Shown here one piece after another: positions 18,512 through 28,296 of a DNA stretch of 41,385 nt. The DNA lies in contig CALWFS010000001.1 of assembly GCA_944377705.1 (NCBI GenBank), forward strand, positions 1 to 41,385, given 5' to 3'. This DNA is from an uncultured Mediterraneibacter sp. (GTDB lineage Bacteria; Bacillota; Clostridia; Lachnospirales; Lachnospiraceae). Every line of letters starts with the position of its first letter. Positions within the stretch are counted from its first letter, which is position 1. A model generated the notes under the pieces. It worked only from the letters and a program-made list of their open reading frames with translations, was not told where the DNA came from and made no database searches. The position numbers and the translations under genes were made by a program.

Positions 18512-19594
18512 ATGCATATGAAAAAAAAGATCTTAACCGAAACCCTTTTTACTATACTGCTGATGCTTGCAGCTACAGTGATTTCTTTCGCCTTTTTCCA
18601 GTTTGGGAATAAAAATATCGCCAATATCACTGTCCTCTACTCTCTCGCGCTCATACTGACCGCGCTGGGAACCACAGGATACTGGTATGGGATCACAGCT
18701 TCACTGTACTGTGTAACCGCGGTCAACTATTTTTTCTCCTACCCGTATTTCCACTTTAATTTTTCCCTGGACGGCTATCCCATCACGTTTATCGGAATGC
18801 TTGCCATCTCCCTGCTCACCAGCACAACAACGAGCACTCTCAAAAAGCAGAGACAGGCAATGGCCGACAGAGAAAAAGCTCTGGCAGAGGCAGAGCGGGA
18901 AAAGCTGCGCGCCAATCTCCTCCGGGCAGTCTCTCACGACCTGCGCACGCCCCTGACCAGCATCATCGGCTCATCCTCGTCTTATCTTGAGAATTATCCT
19001 GAACTCTCCGATGAGGAACGCACAGAGCTGATTGCCAATATACGGGACGATTCCCAATGGCTGCTCAACATGGTCGAAAATCTGCTGACAGTTACCCGGA
19101 TCGATGACAACTCAACAGACAAGGTCAAAAAATCGCCGGAGGTTGTAGAGGAAGTGGTCTCAGAGGCAATACAACGGCTGAAAAAGCGTCTGCCAGATAT
19201 CCGGATCCGCGTCAGCATGCCAAATGATTTCCTCATGCTGTCCATGGATCCTACTCTGATCGAGCAGGTGCTCATCAATCTCCTGGAAAATGCATTTGTC
19301 CACTCCGGGAGCAGCGAGCCCATTGACCTTATCATCCGCAAAATTGAGGGCAATATTATTTTTACCGTGAGGGACTACGGAAACGGAGTGGACGAAGAAC
19401 AGCTTCCCTATATCTTTGAGGGACAGCGCTCTTCATTCCGAACTGCCGACGGACATAAAGGCATCGGCATCGGTCTGTCCATATGCAAAACCATTATCCG
19501 TGCCCACGGCGGCACGATCACAGCATCGAACCACAAAAACGGGGCGGAATTTACCTTTACCCTTCCAAAAGAAAAGGAGAACAACAATGTCTAA
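18512..19594 (+). CDS. KdpD-like sensor histidine kinase (membrane domain, HisKA, HATPase; no N-terminal cytoplasmic KdpD/USP domains)
   Basis: About four TM helices; LRAVSHDLRTPLTSI; QVLINLLENA; DYGNG; GIGLSIC. Confidence 0.88.
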   Translation: MHMKKKILTETLFTILLMLAATVISFAFFQFGNKNIANITVLYSLALILTALGTTGYWYGITASLYCVTAVNYFFSYPYFHFNFSLDGYPITFIGMLAISLLTSTTTSTLKKQRQAMADREKALAEAEREKLRANLLRAVSHDLRTPLTSIIGSSSSYLENYPELSDEERTELIANIRDDSQWLLNMVENLLTVTRIDDNSTDKVKKSPEVVEEVVSEAIQRLKKRLPDIRIRVSMPNDFLMLSMDPTLIEQVLINLLENAFVHSGSSEPIDLIIRKIEGNIIFTVRDYGNGVDEEQLPYIFEGQRSSFRTADGHKGIGIGLSICKTIIRAHGGTITASNHKNGAEFTFTLPKEKENNNV

Positions 19595-20294
19595 ATACTC
19601 AGTTCTTATCATCGAAGACGAAAAGAATATACAGACCTTTATGGGAAAAGTGCTCAAGCGACACGAATACCGGGTCCTGTACGCAGATACCGGTGCCCTG
19701 GGGCTGGAGATCATCCGCTCCCAGTGCCCCGATATCATTCTTTTAGATCTCGGTCTTCCGGACATAAACGGTTTCCACATCATCCGGGAAGTCCGCACAT
19801 GGACCAGTACTCCCATCATTGTGATCTCTGCGCGCACTGCGGAGCAGGAAAAGGTAACCGCGCTGGATCTGGGCGCCGATGACTATATCACCAAGCCTTT
19901 CGGAACCTCAGAACTCCTTGCCCGTATCCGCGCGTCCCTGCGGCACAGCAATCGTCTGCACACAGACAGCCCGCTCTATCTGCGTCCATACCGACACGGA
20001 GAAATGACGCTTGATTTCTCCAGGCGTCTGCTCACCATCGGAAGCCAGGTCATCCACCTGACACCCATCGAATACAAAATTGTGGCATACCTCGCCCAAA
20101 ATTCAGGCAAAGTCATCACCTACGCCACACTTCTGTCCAACGTATGGGGTCCCTATGCGGACAGCGATAACAAGATCCTGCGGGTCAATATGGCGAATAT
20201 CCGCCGCAAGATTGAAGATGATCCCGCGCAGCCCAAGTATATCTTCACAGAAGTCGGGGTTGGGTACCGGATGGCAGAGGATGAAGAAGAATGA
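19587..20294 (+). CDS. KdpE-like OmpR-family response regulator
   Basis: Start at ATG 19587 with AAGGAG RBS; IEDE, LDLGLPD, GADDYITKPF, HLTPIEY, TEVGVGYR. Confidence 0.9.
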   Translation: MSKYSVLIIEDEKNIQTFMGKVLKRHEYRVLYADTGALGLEIIRSQCPDIILLDLGLPDINGFHIIREVRTWTSTPIIVISARTAEQEKVTALDLGADDYITKPFGTSELLARIRASLRHSNRLHTDSPLYLRPYRHGEMTLDFSRRLLTIGSQVIHLTPIEYKIVAYLAQNSGKVITYATLLSNVWGPYADSDNKILRVNMANIRRKIEDDPAQPKYIFTEVGVGYRMAEDEEE

Positions 20295-20376
20295 GAAAAT
20301 GCCACTGTTTTTTGCTTTAATTTGATATTTTCCTGATGTATAATATTTACTATACATACCAAGGAGACGACAATCT

Positions 20377-21177
20377 ATGTACCGGATACTTATTGTGGAC
20401 GATGAATACGAGATACGCAACGGCCTATGCAAATATTTCCCATGGAATGCTGCTGGTTTTGAGGTTGCGGGACAGGTTGAGAACGGACAGGAAGCGCTGG
20501 ATTTCCTGAGATCCTGCCAGGTCGATCTGGTTTTATGCGATATTATGATGCCTGTCATGAGCGGCATTGAACTGGCTGAACTGATCCGAAAAGAATTTCC
20601 TTCCGTTAAAGTCTGTTTTCTGACAGCACATAAGGATTTTGAATTTGCGCAAAAAGCAGTTTCCCTCAATGTACTGGAATATATTTTAAAGTCTTCCACC
20701 TCCACGGAATTATTAACTATCTTTCACAATATCAAGGATCAGCTGGACAGTTTCTCTGTCTCGCAGCATCCTCCTGACAATAATATTTCCCGCGAAACTG
20801 ACGCCGAACCTGATAATGAGAAAGGCCATCTTACCAGGGATAAGCAGCTTTTACAGGAAATCTGCAGCTATGTACGCGAACATTACGCTACAGCAGACCT
20901 TAATTCTGTTGCCGAAAAGATTTACATGTCTCCGAATTATGTAAGCCGGTTGTTCAAAGAACTGACAAATCAGAATTTTTCTGATTATCTGCTTGATGTT
21001 AAGATGGAAAATGCTGAGAAAATGCTGAACGACCCCCACAACCGTATCTATGAGGTCAGCGAGGCCCTGGGATACAAATATGTGAAAAATTTTTCACGCG
21101 CGTTCCACGATTACTATGGGATCAGTCCCCGCGATTACCGAAAAGGAAAACAGCCTATAAGAAAACAGACAAAGTAA
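20377..21177 (+). CDS. YesN-type response regulator (receiver plus AraC HTH)
   Basis: IVDDE and CDIMMP receiver motifs; C-terminal SPNYVSRLFK...FSRAFHDYYGISPRDYR. Confidence 0.92.
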   Translation: MYRILIVDDEYEIRNGLCKYFPWNAAGFEVAGQVENGQEALDFLRSCQVDLVLCDIMMPVMSGIELAELIRKEFPSVKVCFLTAHKDFEFAQKAVSLNVLEYILKSSTSTELLTIFHNIKDQLDSFSVSQHPPDNNISRETDAEPDNEKGHLTRDKQLLQEICSYVREHYATADLNSVAEKIYMSPNYVSRLFKELTNQNFSDYLLDVKMENAEKMLNDPHNRIYEVSEALGYKYVKNFSRAFHDYYGISPRDYRKGKQPIRKQTK

Positions 21178-21183
21178 GAGATT

Positions 21184-22974
21184 ATGAAACCCAGAACATT
21201 TTTAAAAACTTTTTTACTTATTATTATCGCATTGATTGTTCCACTGCTGCTGTTTTTTATCATCACGATCTCTTTTACCCAGAATCAGATCCGCAGCACT
21301 TCGGAAAATGACAACTATGCCTATCTTCAGCAGATTCGCTTCAACACAGACCTGATCCTGAATCAGATCGACCAGTTATCTCTGTCCTATGACCTGAACA
21401 GTGAGATCGGTCTGCAGCTTGATCAGTGTCTGCAGCGAAACGGCTCTTCTTATGCCAGCACGCAGGCTTTGAGTATTATTCAGGCATTTGCCTCTTCAGA
21501 ATCTCTTTCCAGACCATATATACAAAGTGTTTATATTTATTTTGATTATTCAGCAGAACGGTTTTTTTCTTTTACTGAAGGAGTTAAGTCCGTTGATAAT
21601 ACATCAGATGCAGCCTGGATAGATAATTATAAGAAACAGGCCCCGGATATAGATCTGTGGACAGAGATCCGTGAAATACAGCCCTACTCTTTTGCCTCCT
21701 CTGTTCCCGTACTCTCTATATATCGGCGCACAGTTTCCCGTCCTGGAGTGATCGTGATGAATCTCTATCCGGAATATATTGAAGATACGTTCTATGAAGA
21801 AAATAATTCTGAAAATACGCCTTATATAGCGGTGCTTAATGAGGACGGTGCCATCATGCTGCAAAATGACCACAGTCCATTTGACACACAGGTGGATCTG
21901 AGCAGTCTGTGCGAAAAAGATGAGGACTCTTTTTCTGTAGAACTGGACGGAATGCCCTGTTTAGTCAATCGCCTCACATCCGATGAATACAACTGGACCT
22001 ATCTGGCGATCGTGCCGCAGACAGCATTGTATCATCTGTCTTCACAGATCACACTTATTTTCTATCTCGTTCTGGCCCTCTGTATTTTGCTGGGACTTTT
22101 GCTGGCGCTTTTGTTTACCTACCGAAATTACCGCCAGATGAAAAATATCATGAACCTGTTTCAGGCGGCGGAGAGTGGCAGCCCCCTGCCAGCGACGAAT
22201 TTTGCCTATATGCAGGATGAATATGCGATCCTTACGGACAATCTCATTAAAACATTTATTGAGCAGCGCTATATGAGGCTCGCTGTCTCGGAAAAAATGT
22301 TCCACATGAAAATGCTGGAGCTGCAGGCGCTCCAGGCACAGATTAATCCTCATTTTCTTGTAAATACTTTAAAAAACATATATTGGATGTCCTGCTCTCT
22401 GACAAATGGCCCTAACAAGGTCAGTGAAATGATCGATGCTTTATCCGGCATTCTGTACTATTCTCTGAGAGCTCCTTTTGAGATTGTTCCCCTGGAAGAA
22501 GAGCTGTTGCAGACGCGCAATTATCTGAAGATCCAGATGACCCGATACCCGGATCGGTTTACAGCTGACTTTCAGTATGATGATAATATCCTTCAGGAAA
22601 AGACACTTCGGATGATCCTGCAGCCGATTATCGAAAACAGTATCCAGCACGGGATTTTGGCCAAAGAGGGAACAGGACGCATCAAGATCCGCATACGGCG
22701 TGAGGGAGATCTTCTTGTATTTACGATTTCTGACAATGGGGCCGGCATGTACCGAGACGCCCTTGAAAAACTGAGAAGACGGCTATATGCCGATACCATA
22801 CCTGAGCAGGAAATTCGCCATATCGGACTTCTCAATACAGCCAAAAGATTATCGCTGCGGTACAGTACCCGTGCAAAAATTCTGATCAAAAGCAAACACG
22901 GATTTGGGACCGTTGTTACCATACAGATTCCGGCACAGCCACCCGAATCCCCTGCTGATCCGGAATCCTCCTGA
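21184..22974 (+). CDS. YesM-type sensor histidine kinase
   Basis: Two TM segments around a large extracellular domain; LQAQINPHFL; LQPIIENSIQHG; DNGAG; IGLLN. Confidence 0.92.
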   Translation: MKPRTFLKTFLLIIIALIVPLLLFFIITISFTQNQIRSTSENDNYAYLQQIRFNTDLILNQIDQLSLSYDLNSEIGLQLDQCLQRNGSSYASTQALSIIQAFASSESLSRPYIQSVYIYFDYSAERFFSFTEGVKSVDNTSDAAWIDNYKKQAPDIDLWTEIREIQPYSFASSVPVLSIYRRTVSRPGVIVMNLYPEYIEDTFYEENNSENTPYIAVLNEDGAIMLQNDHSPFDTQVDLSSLCEKDEDSFSVELDGMPCLVNRLTSDEYNWTYLAIVPQTALYHLSSQITLIFYLVLALCILLGLLLALLFTYRNYRQMKNIMNLFQAAESGSPLPATNFAYMQDEYAILTDNLIKTFIEQRYMRLAVSEKMFHMKMLELQALQAQINPHFLVNTLKNIYWMSCSLTNGPNKVSEMIDALSGILYYSLRAPFEIVPLEEELLQTRNYLKIQMTRYPDRFTADFQYDDNILQEKTLRMILQPIIENSIQHGILAKEGTGRIKIRIRREGDLLVFTISDNGAGMYRDALEKLRRRLYADTIPEQEIRHIGLLNTAKRLSLRYSTRAKILIKSKHGFGTVVTIQIPAQPPESPADPESS

Positions 22975-22981
22975 GTATCCA

Positions 22982-24115
22982 TCAGTCCTGGCCAGGTTTG
23001 ATGCGCCTTCCCACCTGATGTCCGCTGTCAAATATCCCCTCCATTTCAGCACTCGAAAAATCCGAAAGAGGCAGGCTCACAGGCATTCCCGTTCTCTGGC
23101 TTTCATAGATGGCCAGCACAATCTCCAGAGCATTGCGTCCTGCCTCTGCATCTGCGCACGGACGTCTGCCTTCCCGCACAGCCGTTATTACATCTCTGTA
23201 CAGACGGCTGTGCCCGTTCCCGTAGATATTCTCTGTCTGTTCATCCAGCTTTGACACAGTTTCATCCTCGGTTTTCCGGTCCGCAAATTTCCAACATTCG
23301 ATCCTCGTCGCTGAAGGTCCCCCGATCTTTACAGTCCCCTTATCTCCACAGACCAGAAGAGTTTCTTCCAGATCACCGGGATACACATTTGTGCTTCCCT
23401 CAATCTCAGCCACTGTCCCGTCTGCGAATTCCAGCACCGCCATCCCGATATCTTCCGCCTCGATATATGGATGCTGTCTTCGCCTTATCGCTCCGTATAC
23501 TTTTGTTACCCTGCTGCCCATAAGCCAGATTAGCAGATCGATCCCATGAATACACTGGTTCATCAGACACCCTCCGTCAGATGACCATTTTCCCCTCCAT
23601 TGGGCCTGCCTGTAATAAGATGCATCCCGATACCATCGCACGTGCACAGCACCATGGCTCAATGTGCCGAATCTCCCCTCGTCCCTGGCGCGCCGCACTG
23701 CCTGTATCGCCGAATTAAAGCGGTTTTGATGACACACAGCTACAGTTATACCTTTTTTTCTGCTCTGCATGATAATCTCTTCTGCGTCCTTAATACTCAT
23801 CGCTATAGGCTTCTCGATTATAAGATGCACTCCCGCCTGTATACAGTCCAGAGCGATCCGAGCATGTGATCCGCTGTCCGAAGCTACCGCACACAGGTCA
23901 ATCTCCGGGTGCTCCCTGAACATTTGCTTATAGTCAATATATCTGTGGATATTACGGTCTCTCTCCAGACCAAATTTTCTTAACAAAGATTCAGCGCATC
24001 CCGGAATGGCATCACATACCGCGGTCAATTCCAGACCATTATCAAGTGCTGCCTGTATGTGGTTTCCTGCGATCCGTCCGCATCCGATCAAAGCATATTT
24101 CATTTTCAGCTCCAT
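22982..24115 (-). CDS. Gfo/Idh/MocA-family NAD-dependent oxidoreductase (WlbA/WbpB-like)
   Basis: IGCGRI, IEKPIA, HQNRFN, WRGKWSSDGGCLMNQCIHGID; true start may be ATG 24103. Confidence 0.9.
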   Translation of the reverse strand: MELKMKYALIGCGRIAGNHIQAALDNGLELTAVCDAIPGCAESLLRKFGLERDRNIHRYIDYKQMFREHPEIDLCAVASDSGSHARIALDCIQAGVHLIIEKPIAMSIKDAEEIIMQSRKKGITVAVCHQNRFNSAIQAVRRARDEGRFGTLSHGAVHVRWYRDASYYRQAQWRGKWSSDGGCLMNQCIHGIDLLIWLMGSRVTKVYGAIRRRQHPYIEAEDIGMAVLEFADGTVAEIEGSTNVYPGDLEETLLVCGDKGTVKIGGPSATRIECWKFADRKTEDETVSKLDEQTENIYGNGHSRLYRDVITAVREGRRPCADAEAGRNALEIVLAIYESQRTGMPVSLPLSDFSSAEMEGIFDSGHQVGRRIKPGQD

Positions 24116-24144
24116 TCTGCTGCCCTGTTACAGCACGATCAATC

Positions 24145-26121
24145 TCAATATATATTCCCGTTTTCCCGGAAGGTTCGCCATATATTCTCAAAAAAATCTT
24201 CTTCTCCCGGTATTTCCCTTACCTGCCGCCATAGTGCCTCACATCCCTTTTCGGTATAAAGGATCTCCTGGATCTGATCCCCCCTGGTCCGGTCATCCAG
24301 TATAAAGCAAAACAGCTCCGGAAGTTTTTCGGAAGGCAGGTTTCCTCCCGGATCAGAGTAAAGAGCGCTCCCCCGGCTTTTCCCGCCCTCATTTACATAA
24401 TCAGCCATGGCATTCAGATACACATACTGACTGATCAGCATATCGCGCAGGCGGTAGACCCATCCCAGCTGTCCCGGCCGCTCAATATGTACCAGGGAAG
24501 AAGCATCTTCTTTGAAAATATCCAGCTGGCGCTTCACCTTCTGCACAGCCTCTGTGATTTCCCGGCGGATGCGGACTGCACCTGCGCACTGGCTCATACG
24601 TCTTTCTGCCTGATTCCAGAGTTCCCTTACATCAGCTCCGCCATCAGCCAGAGCAGATCTGGCGATTTTTGCCATCTCTGCTACAGCTTGCTCCACAATC
24701 TCCCGAAAGCTGTCATCCTCCTGCGGAGTGTCCGTATAACGGGCAGCAATATAGCTGGCTGCCCGGGCCGAGCCGGTCTGTCCCGCATTCAGAGCGCTGC
24801 CTCCCGGACGATATACCCCATGGGTACCTGCCGCTTCACCCACAGCGAAAAGATGCGGCACAGCAGTCTGCCACCAGCAGTCTACTGCGATACCTCCATT
24901 GTTATGCTGGGCACAAAGCGCAATCTCCAATGCCTGCGACGACAGATCAATCCCCCTGTCCTTGTAAAATTTTACGGCAGGCTCGTTCATATGCATCAGG
25001 CGTTCATAAGGTGTTCCAAAGCATGCTCCTGCTTTTTTCAGATAATCCTGTGCCTCCCGGGAAAGCGCGCTATAATCAATTTCCTTTTTTCTGCCCGGAT
25101 TTTCTCTGAAATCCAGATATACCTTCCGTCCCTTACAGGTTTCGATATAAACAAGGATGTCAATGACAGAGCTTCCTCCTGCCACCTTACTCACATCAAA
25201 CGGCCACTGATATCCTTTTAGAAAAATATTGGTCAGCATAGTGCCGTCATCACAGAAAAAGTCTTCAAGGAACTCATGTTCCCCGCTTCCATCACGCTCA
25301 CATGAGATAAATCTCGGAAGTACCTGCATGTAGGTTCCCGATACATTCCACCTGGGGCTTAATGATGCCAGCCCAAACTGCCATTCTGTCAGGTTTTGCC
25401 CTTTTGCCCCGGCTTCAAATGCAAGGCCGCTTGCTCCGAAATGACTGGCAGGATACACACTGTCTGCATACATACCCGCCGGTCCCCCGGTGGCATATAT
25501 TACATTTTCACAGCACACTGCGACAAACCTGTTTTCCGGATCTTCCTGATGTTCTAAGTCAAGACAGAGCAGTCCTCTGCACCTGTCTTGATCTTTCAGG
25601 ATCTTTATGACCAAAAGCTTATCCAGAACCGGAATCTTTTTTGCACTGACGGAACGCTCCAGACATTCCGTCATGATTTTTGATGTATAAGGTCCCACAG
25701 ATGTAGCCCGAGTTCGCGGATCATGGTCTGTCTTATAGCCGACATATTCTCCCCAGCGGTTCCGGGGGAACGGCACCCCCAGTTGCACCAGTTTCATAAA
25801 CCCCTGCACAGACAGCGCTGCCTCGCACAGCGCGGTATCTCCATCAACACACTGTCCATCGAACAGAGTCTGCGCCATCTCCCTGACACTGTCCGGGGTG
25901 CTTCCTGACAGTGTCAGTTTATAGTAGGTCTGTTTGTCCGATCCGGTATTCCTGGAAGTTCCCGCTCTCACATAATCTGTCACTATAGCAATATCATGCT
26001 GTCCGCAGTCATATAGACAGTCCGCAGCATTATACCCCGCTGCTCCGGTGCCTGCCACAACCGTATTTACGGTGTACACTCTTATCCGGCCGGATGATGT
26101 GTTGATGTATGTATCTTTCAT
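24145..26121 (-). CDS. FAD-binding oxidoreductase, SdhA/FrdA/NadB superfamily
   Basis: VVAGTGAAG, YATGG, QHNNGGI, LFAVGEAAGTHG, ESRG-like KSRGS near the C-terminus. Confidence 0.8.
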   Translation of the reverse strand: MKDTYINTSSGRIRVYTVNTVVAGTGAAGYNAADCLYDCGQHDIAIVTDYVRAGTSRNTGSDKQTYYKLTLSGSTPDSVREMAQTLFDGQCVDGDTALCEAALSVQGFMKLVQLGVPFPRNRWGEYVGYKTDHDPRTRATSVGPYTSKIMTECLERSVSAKKIPVLDKLLVIKILKDQDRCRGLLCLDLEHQEDPENRFVAVCCENVIYATGGPAGMYADSVYPASHFGASGLAFEAGAKGQNLTEWQFGLASLSPRWNVSGTYMQVLPRFISCERDGSGEHEFLEDFFCDDGTMLTNIFLKGYQWPFDVSKVAGGSSVIDILVYIETCKGRKVYLDFRENPGRKKEIDYSALSREAQDYLKKAGACFGTPYERLMHMNEPAVKFYKDRGIDLSSQALEIALCAQHNNGGIAVDCWWQTAVPHLFAVGEAAGTHGVYRPGGSALNAGQTGSARAASYIAARYTDTPQEDDSFREIVEQAVAEMAKIARSALADGGADVRELWNQAERRMSQCAGAVRIRREITEAVQKVKRQLDIFKEDASSLVHIERPGQLGWVYRLRDMLISQYVYLNAMADYVNEGGKSRGSALYSDPGGNLPSEKLPELFCFILDDRTRGDQIQEILYTEKGCEALWRQVREIPGEEDFFENIWRTFRENGNIY

Positions 26122-26139
26122 CCTCTATCCCCCCGCTTC

Positions 26140-26907
26140 TTAAAGTCTGCGGATATGGAAGCCGCCGTCCACATCTACATAATTACCTGTGGTATAATCA
26201 AACTGATCACTGCAAAACGCCGAGACCACATCTGCGATATCCTGAGGCTGTCCCCACCTGGCAATTGGGAAAACCCCATCCTCAAACATCTTGTCATACT
26301 TTTCCTTGACTGTTCCTGTCATGTCTGTTGCGATCACTCCCGGACGCACCTCGTGTACCAGAATTCCCTCCGGCGCAAGACGGTCTGCATACAGCTTAGT
26401 CAGCATGGAGACCCCCGCCTTTGATATGCAGTATTCCCCTCTTCCGATAGATGACACTTCTGCCGAACACGAAGAAATATTAATGATCGTGCCCTTTTTT
26501 CTCCCAATATACTGCTGTTTTATCATCTGCTTTGCCACTGCCTGGGTCAGGAACATCGTTCCTTTTGTGTTAATGCCTATTACACGGTCAAAGCTTTCCT
26601 CTGTCATTTCAAGCAGTTCAGCGCGTACTTTTGGCGCAACGCCCGCATTATTTACAAGCACATGGATGTCTCCGAATGTATCCGCTGTCTTCGAAAGGAG
26701 CCGTTCTCTGTCCTCTTTCCGGCTGATATCTCCCTGTACATAGATCCACGGGGTCCTGTCAAATGTCAGAAGATCAAAATTTCCCTCGTAATCCTCCTGA
26801 CTGTTCATATCCATGATCACGAGCTGGAATCCGTCCTTTCCAAGCTGGCGGGCGATCGCAAAACCGATGCCTCTCGAAGCGCCGGTGATAACTGCCGTTT
26901 TTTTCAT
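26140..26907 (-). CDS. Short-chain dehydrogenase/reductase (sugar-type SDR)
   Basis: TGASRGIG, NNAG, YCISK catalytic motif; ATG 26907 overlaps the upstream TGA. Confidence 0.9.
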   Translation of the reverse strand: MKKTAVITGASRGIGFAIARQLGKDGFQLVIMDMNSQEDYEGNFDLLTFDRTPWIYVQGDISRKEDRERLLSKTADTFGDIHVLVNNAGVAPKVRAELLEMTEESFDRVIGINTKGTMFLTQAVAKQMIKQQYIGRKKGTIINISSCSAEVSSIGRGEYCISKAGVSMLTKLYADRLAPEGILVHEVRPGVIATDMTGTVKEKYDKMFEDGVFPIARWGQPQDIADVVSAFCSDQFDYTTGNYVDVDGGFHIRRL

Positions 26908-28286
26908 TTTACTGTTTCTCCTTTCTCCCTTGCTTCCGCCTCTGATCTTGCCGTACGGTATAGAGGCAGATAAATATCCGAATCCCTGACTACGCAGCCG
27001 GTCCTGCCCTGATCCCGCATGATCTGAGTGCACTTGGAACAGGTGATACAGCATTTCTTCGGATCCATCCCTCTTCCTGACAGCACATCTCTTGGCGCGT
27101 CAGGATATGCAATGCTGGATCGTCCCAATCCCACAAATCGGCAGCTTCCATCTGCAAGATTTGCAGCTCCTGCATAGGGAATATACTGTCTGAGCCAGGT
27201 ATAAGCATTCCCAACGACCGGTACCTCCCCGGCTGTCTTCTGGATCAGGCGTGTGAAAGCAAACGCACGTGAAATGCTTTCCAGAGGATGTTCGTCTGGC
27301 ACTGGGATCCCCATACTGGACGTATCAAATGGTCTTGTAACCTGAGGATAGATGTAGTATGGATTTCCTGCCGAATTACTGAGCAGGCTGACCCCTTCTC
27401 TGCACAGCATCTCTACCAGAGCCCTTGGCTCAGTGGAGTCAAATTTCCAGAAGTCATTTTTATCACATCCAAAGCCATAGGGATACGGATGTGCATCAAA
27501 AACATTAAATCGGCATGCAATAATAAAATCCTCTCCTGCTGCCTTCCTTACCGCACGGATACAGTCCCGGAGAAGTCTTGTCCTGTTCTCAAAATTACCC
27601 CCATATTTCCCCGATCTTGTAAAAGCCGCCAGAAGTTCACTCATGAGATACCTATGGCATGCCTTGATATCCACTCCGTCAAATCCCGCATTTTTTGCAC
27701 AGACAGCCGCTTCTGCATAGAGCTGCGGAAGAGTATCCAGATATTCGTCTGACACTACAGGCATATCCTGCTGTATGCCAACCCTGGGATCAAGATAAGG
27801 ATCATGCTGTGCAATGATGGGCTTCCCTTTTGTTCCCGAGGGTCTGGAGTAGCGTCCGGAATGGGTGAGCTGAAGGATATGTACTGCTTCAAAATCTTTC
27901 CCCATAACTTCCTTTGCCGCATCACGGCTTTCTTTCAATGCCTCTGCAAATTCTTTCACATTTTCTTTTGTGATCATCATCTGCCGCGGATTTGCCCTTC
28001 CCTCCGGAACGACTGCACAGGCTTCCCACCAGATCAGCCCTGAGCCTCCCGCGCCAAACCGTCTGTAACGGCGGCGCACCAGTTCGGACGGTGATCCGTC
28101 TTCATTTGAGTCACATCCCTCCATGGGAAGGACTGCAAATGCGTTCGGCGTCGTGAGCTTTCCCACTTTCACCGGCTTGGACAGGATTGAAATATCTTCG
28201 GAAAAATGAAGATCCGTTCCCAGTTCCTCAGCTCGTGATCTCAGCTGTGAAAGCTCTGTAAAATTAAATTTTTCATGTTTTGCCAT
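26904..28286 (-). CDS. NADH:flavin oxidoreductase (Old Yellow Enzyme-like TIM barrel) with C-terminal Cys cluster
   Basis: PMEG, QLTHSGR, GFDGVDIKACHRYL, YGGNFENRTR, CITCSKC-X11-C. Confidence 0.85.
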   Translation of the reverse strand: MAKHEKFNFTELSQLRSRAEELGTDLHFSEDISILSKPVKVGKLTTPNAFAVLPMEGCDSNEDGSPSELVRRRYRRFGAGGSGLIWWEACAVVPEGRANPRQMMITKENVKEFAEALKESRDAAKEVMGKDFEAVHILQLTHSGRYSRPSGTKGKPIIAQHDPYLDPRVGIQQDMPVVSDEYLDTLPQLYAEAAVCAKNAGFDGVDIKACHRYLMSELLAAFTRSGKYGGNFENRTRLLRDCIRAVRKAAGEDFIIACRFNVFDAHPYPYGFGCDKNDFWKFDSTEPRALVEMLCREGVSLLSNSAGNPYYIYPQVTRPFDTSSMGIPVPDEHPLESISRAFAFTRLIQKTAGEVPVVGNAYTWLRQYIPYAGAANLADGSCRFVGLGRSSIAYPDAPRDVLSGRGMDPKKCCITCSKCTQIMRDQGRTGCVVRDSDIYLPLYRTARSEAEAREKGETVK

Positions 28287-28296
28287 AACTCCACCT

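Noticed and set aside
19416-19586. Long N-terminal extension on the KdpE-like regulator
   Set aside because: Overlaps the kinase gene; the real start with an RBS is ATG 19587.
22982-24115. O-antigen or capsule biosynthesis gene (WlbA/WbpB)
   Set aside because: No aminotransferase, acetyltransferase, glycosyltransferase or flippase nearby; the context is catabolic.
26140-28286. Bile-acid-inducible (bai) operon
   Set aside because: The OYE-like protein lacks the BaiCD/BaiH FAD domain, there is no CoA ligase, CoA transferase or BaiE, and the transporter is a sugar ABC type.
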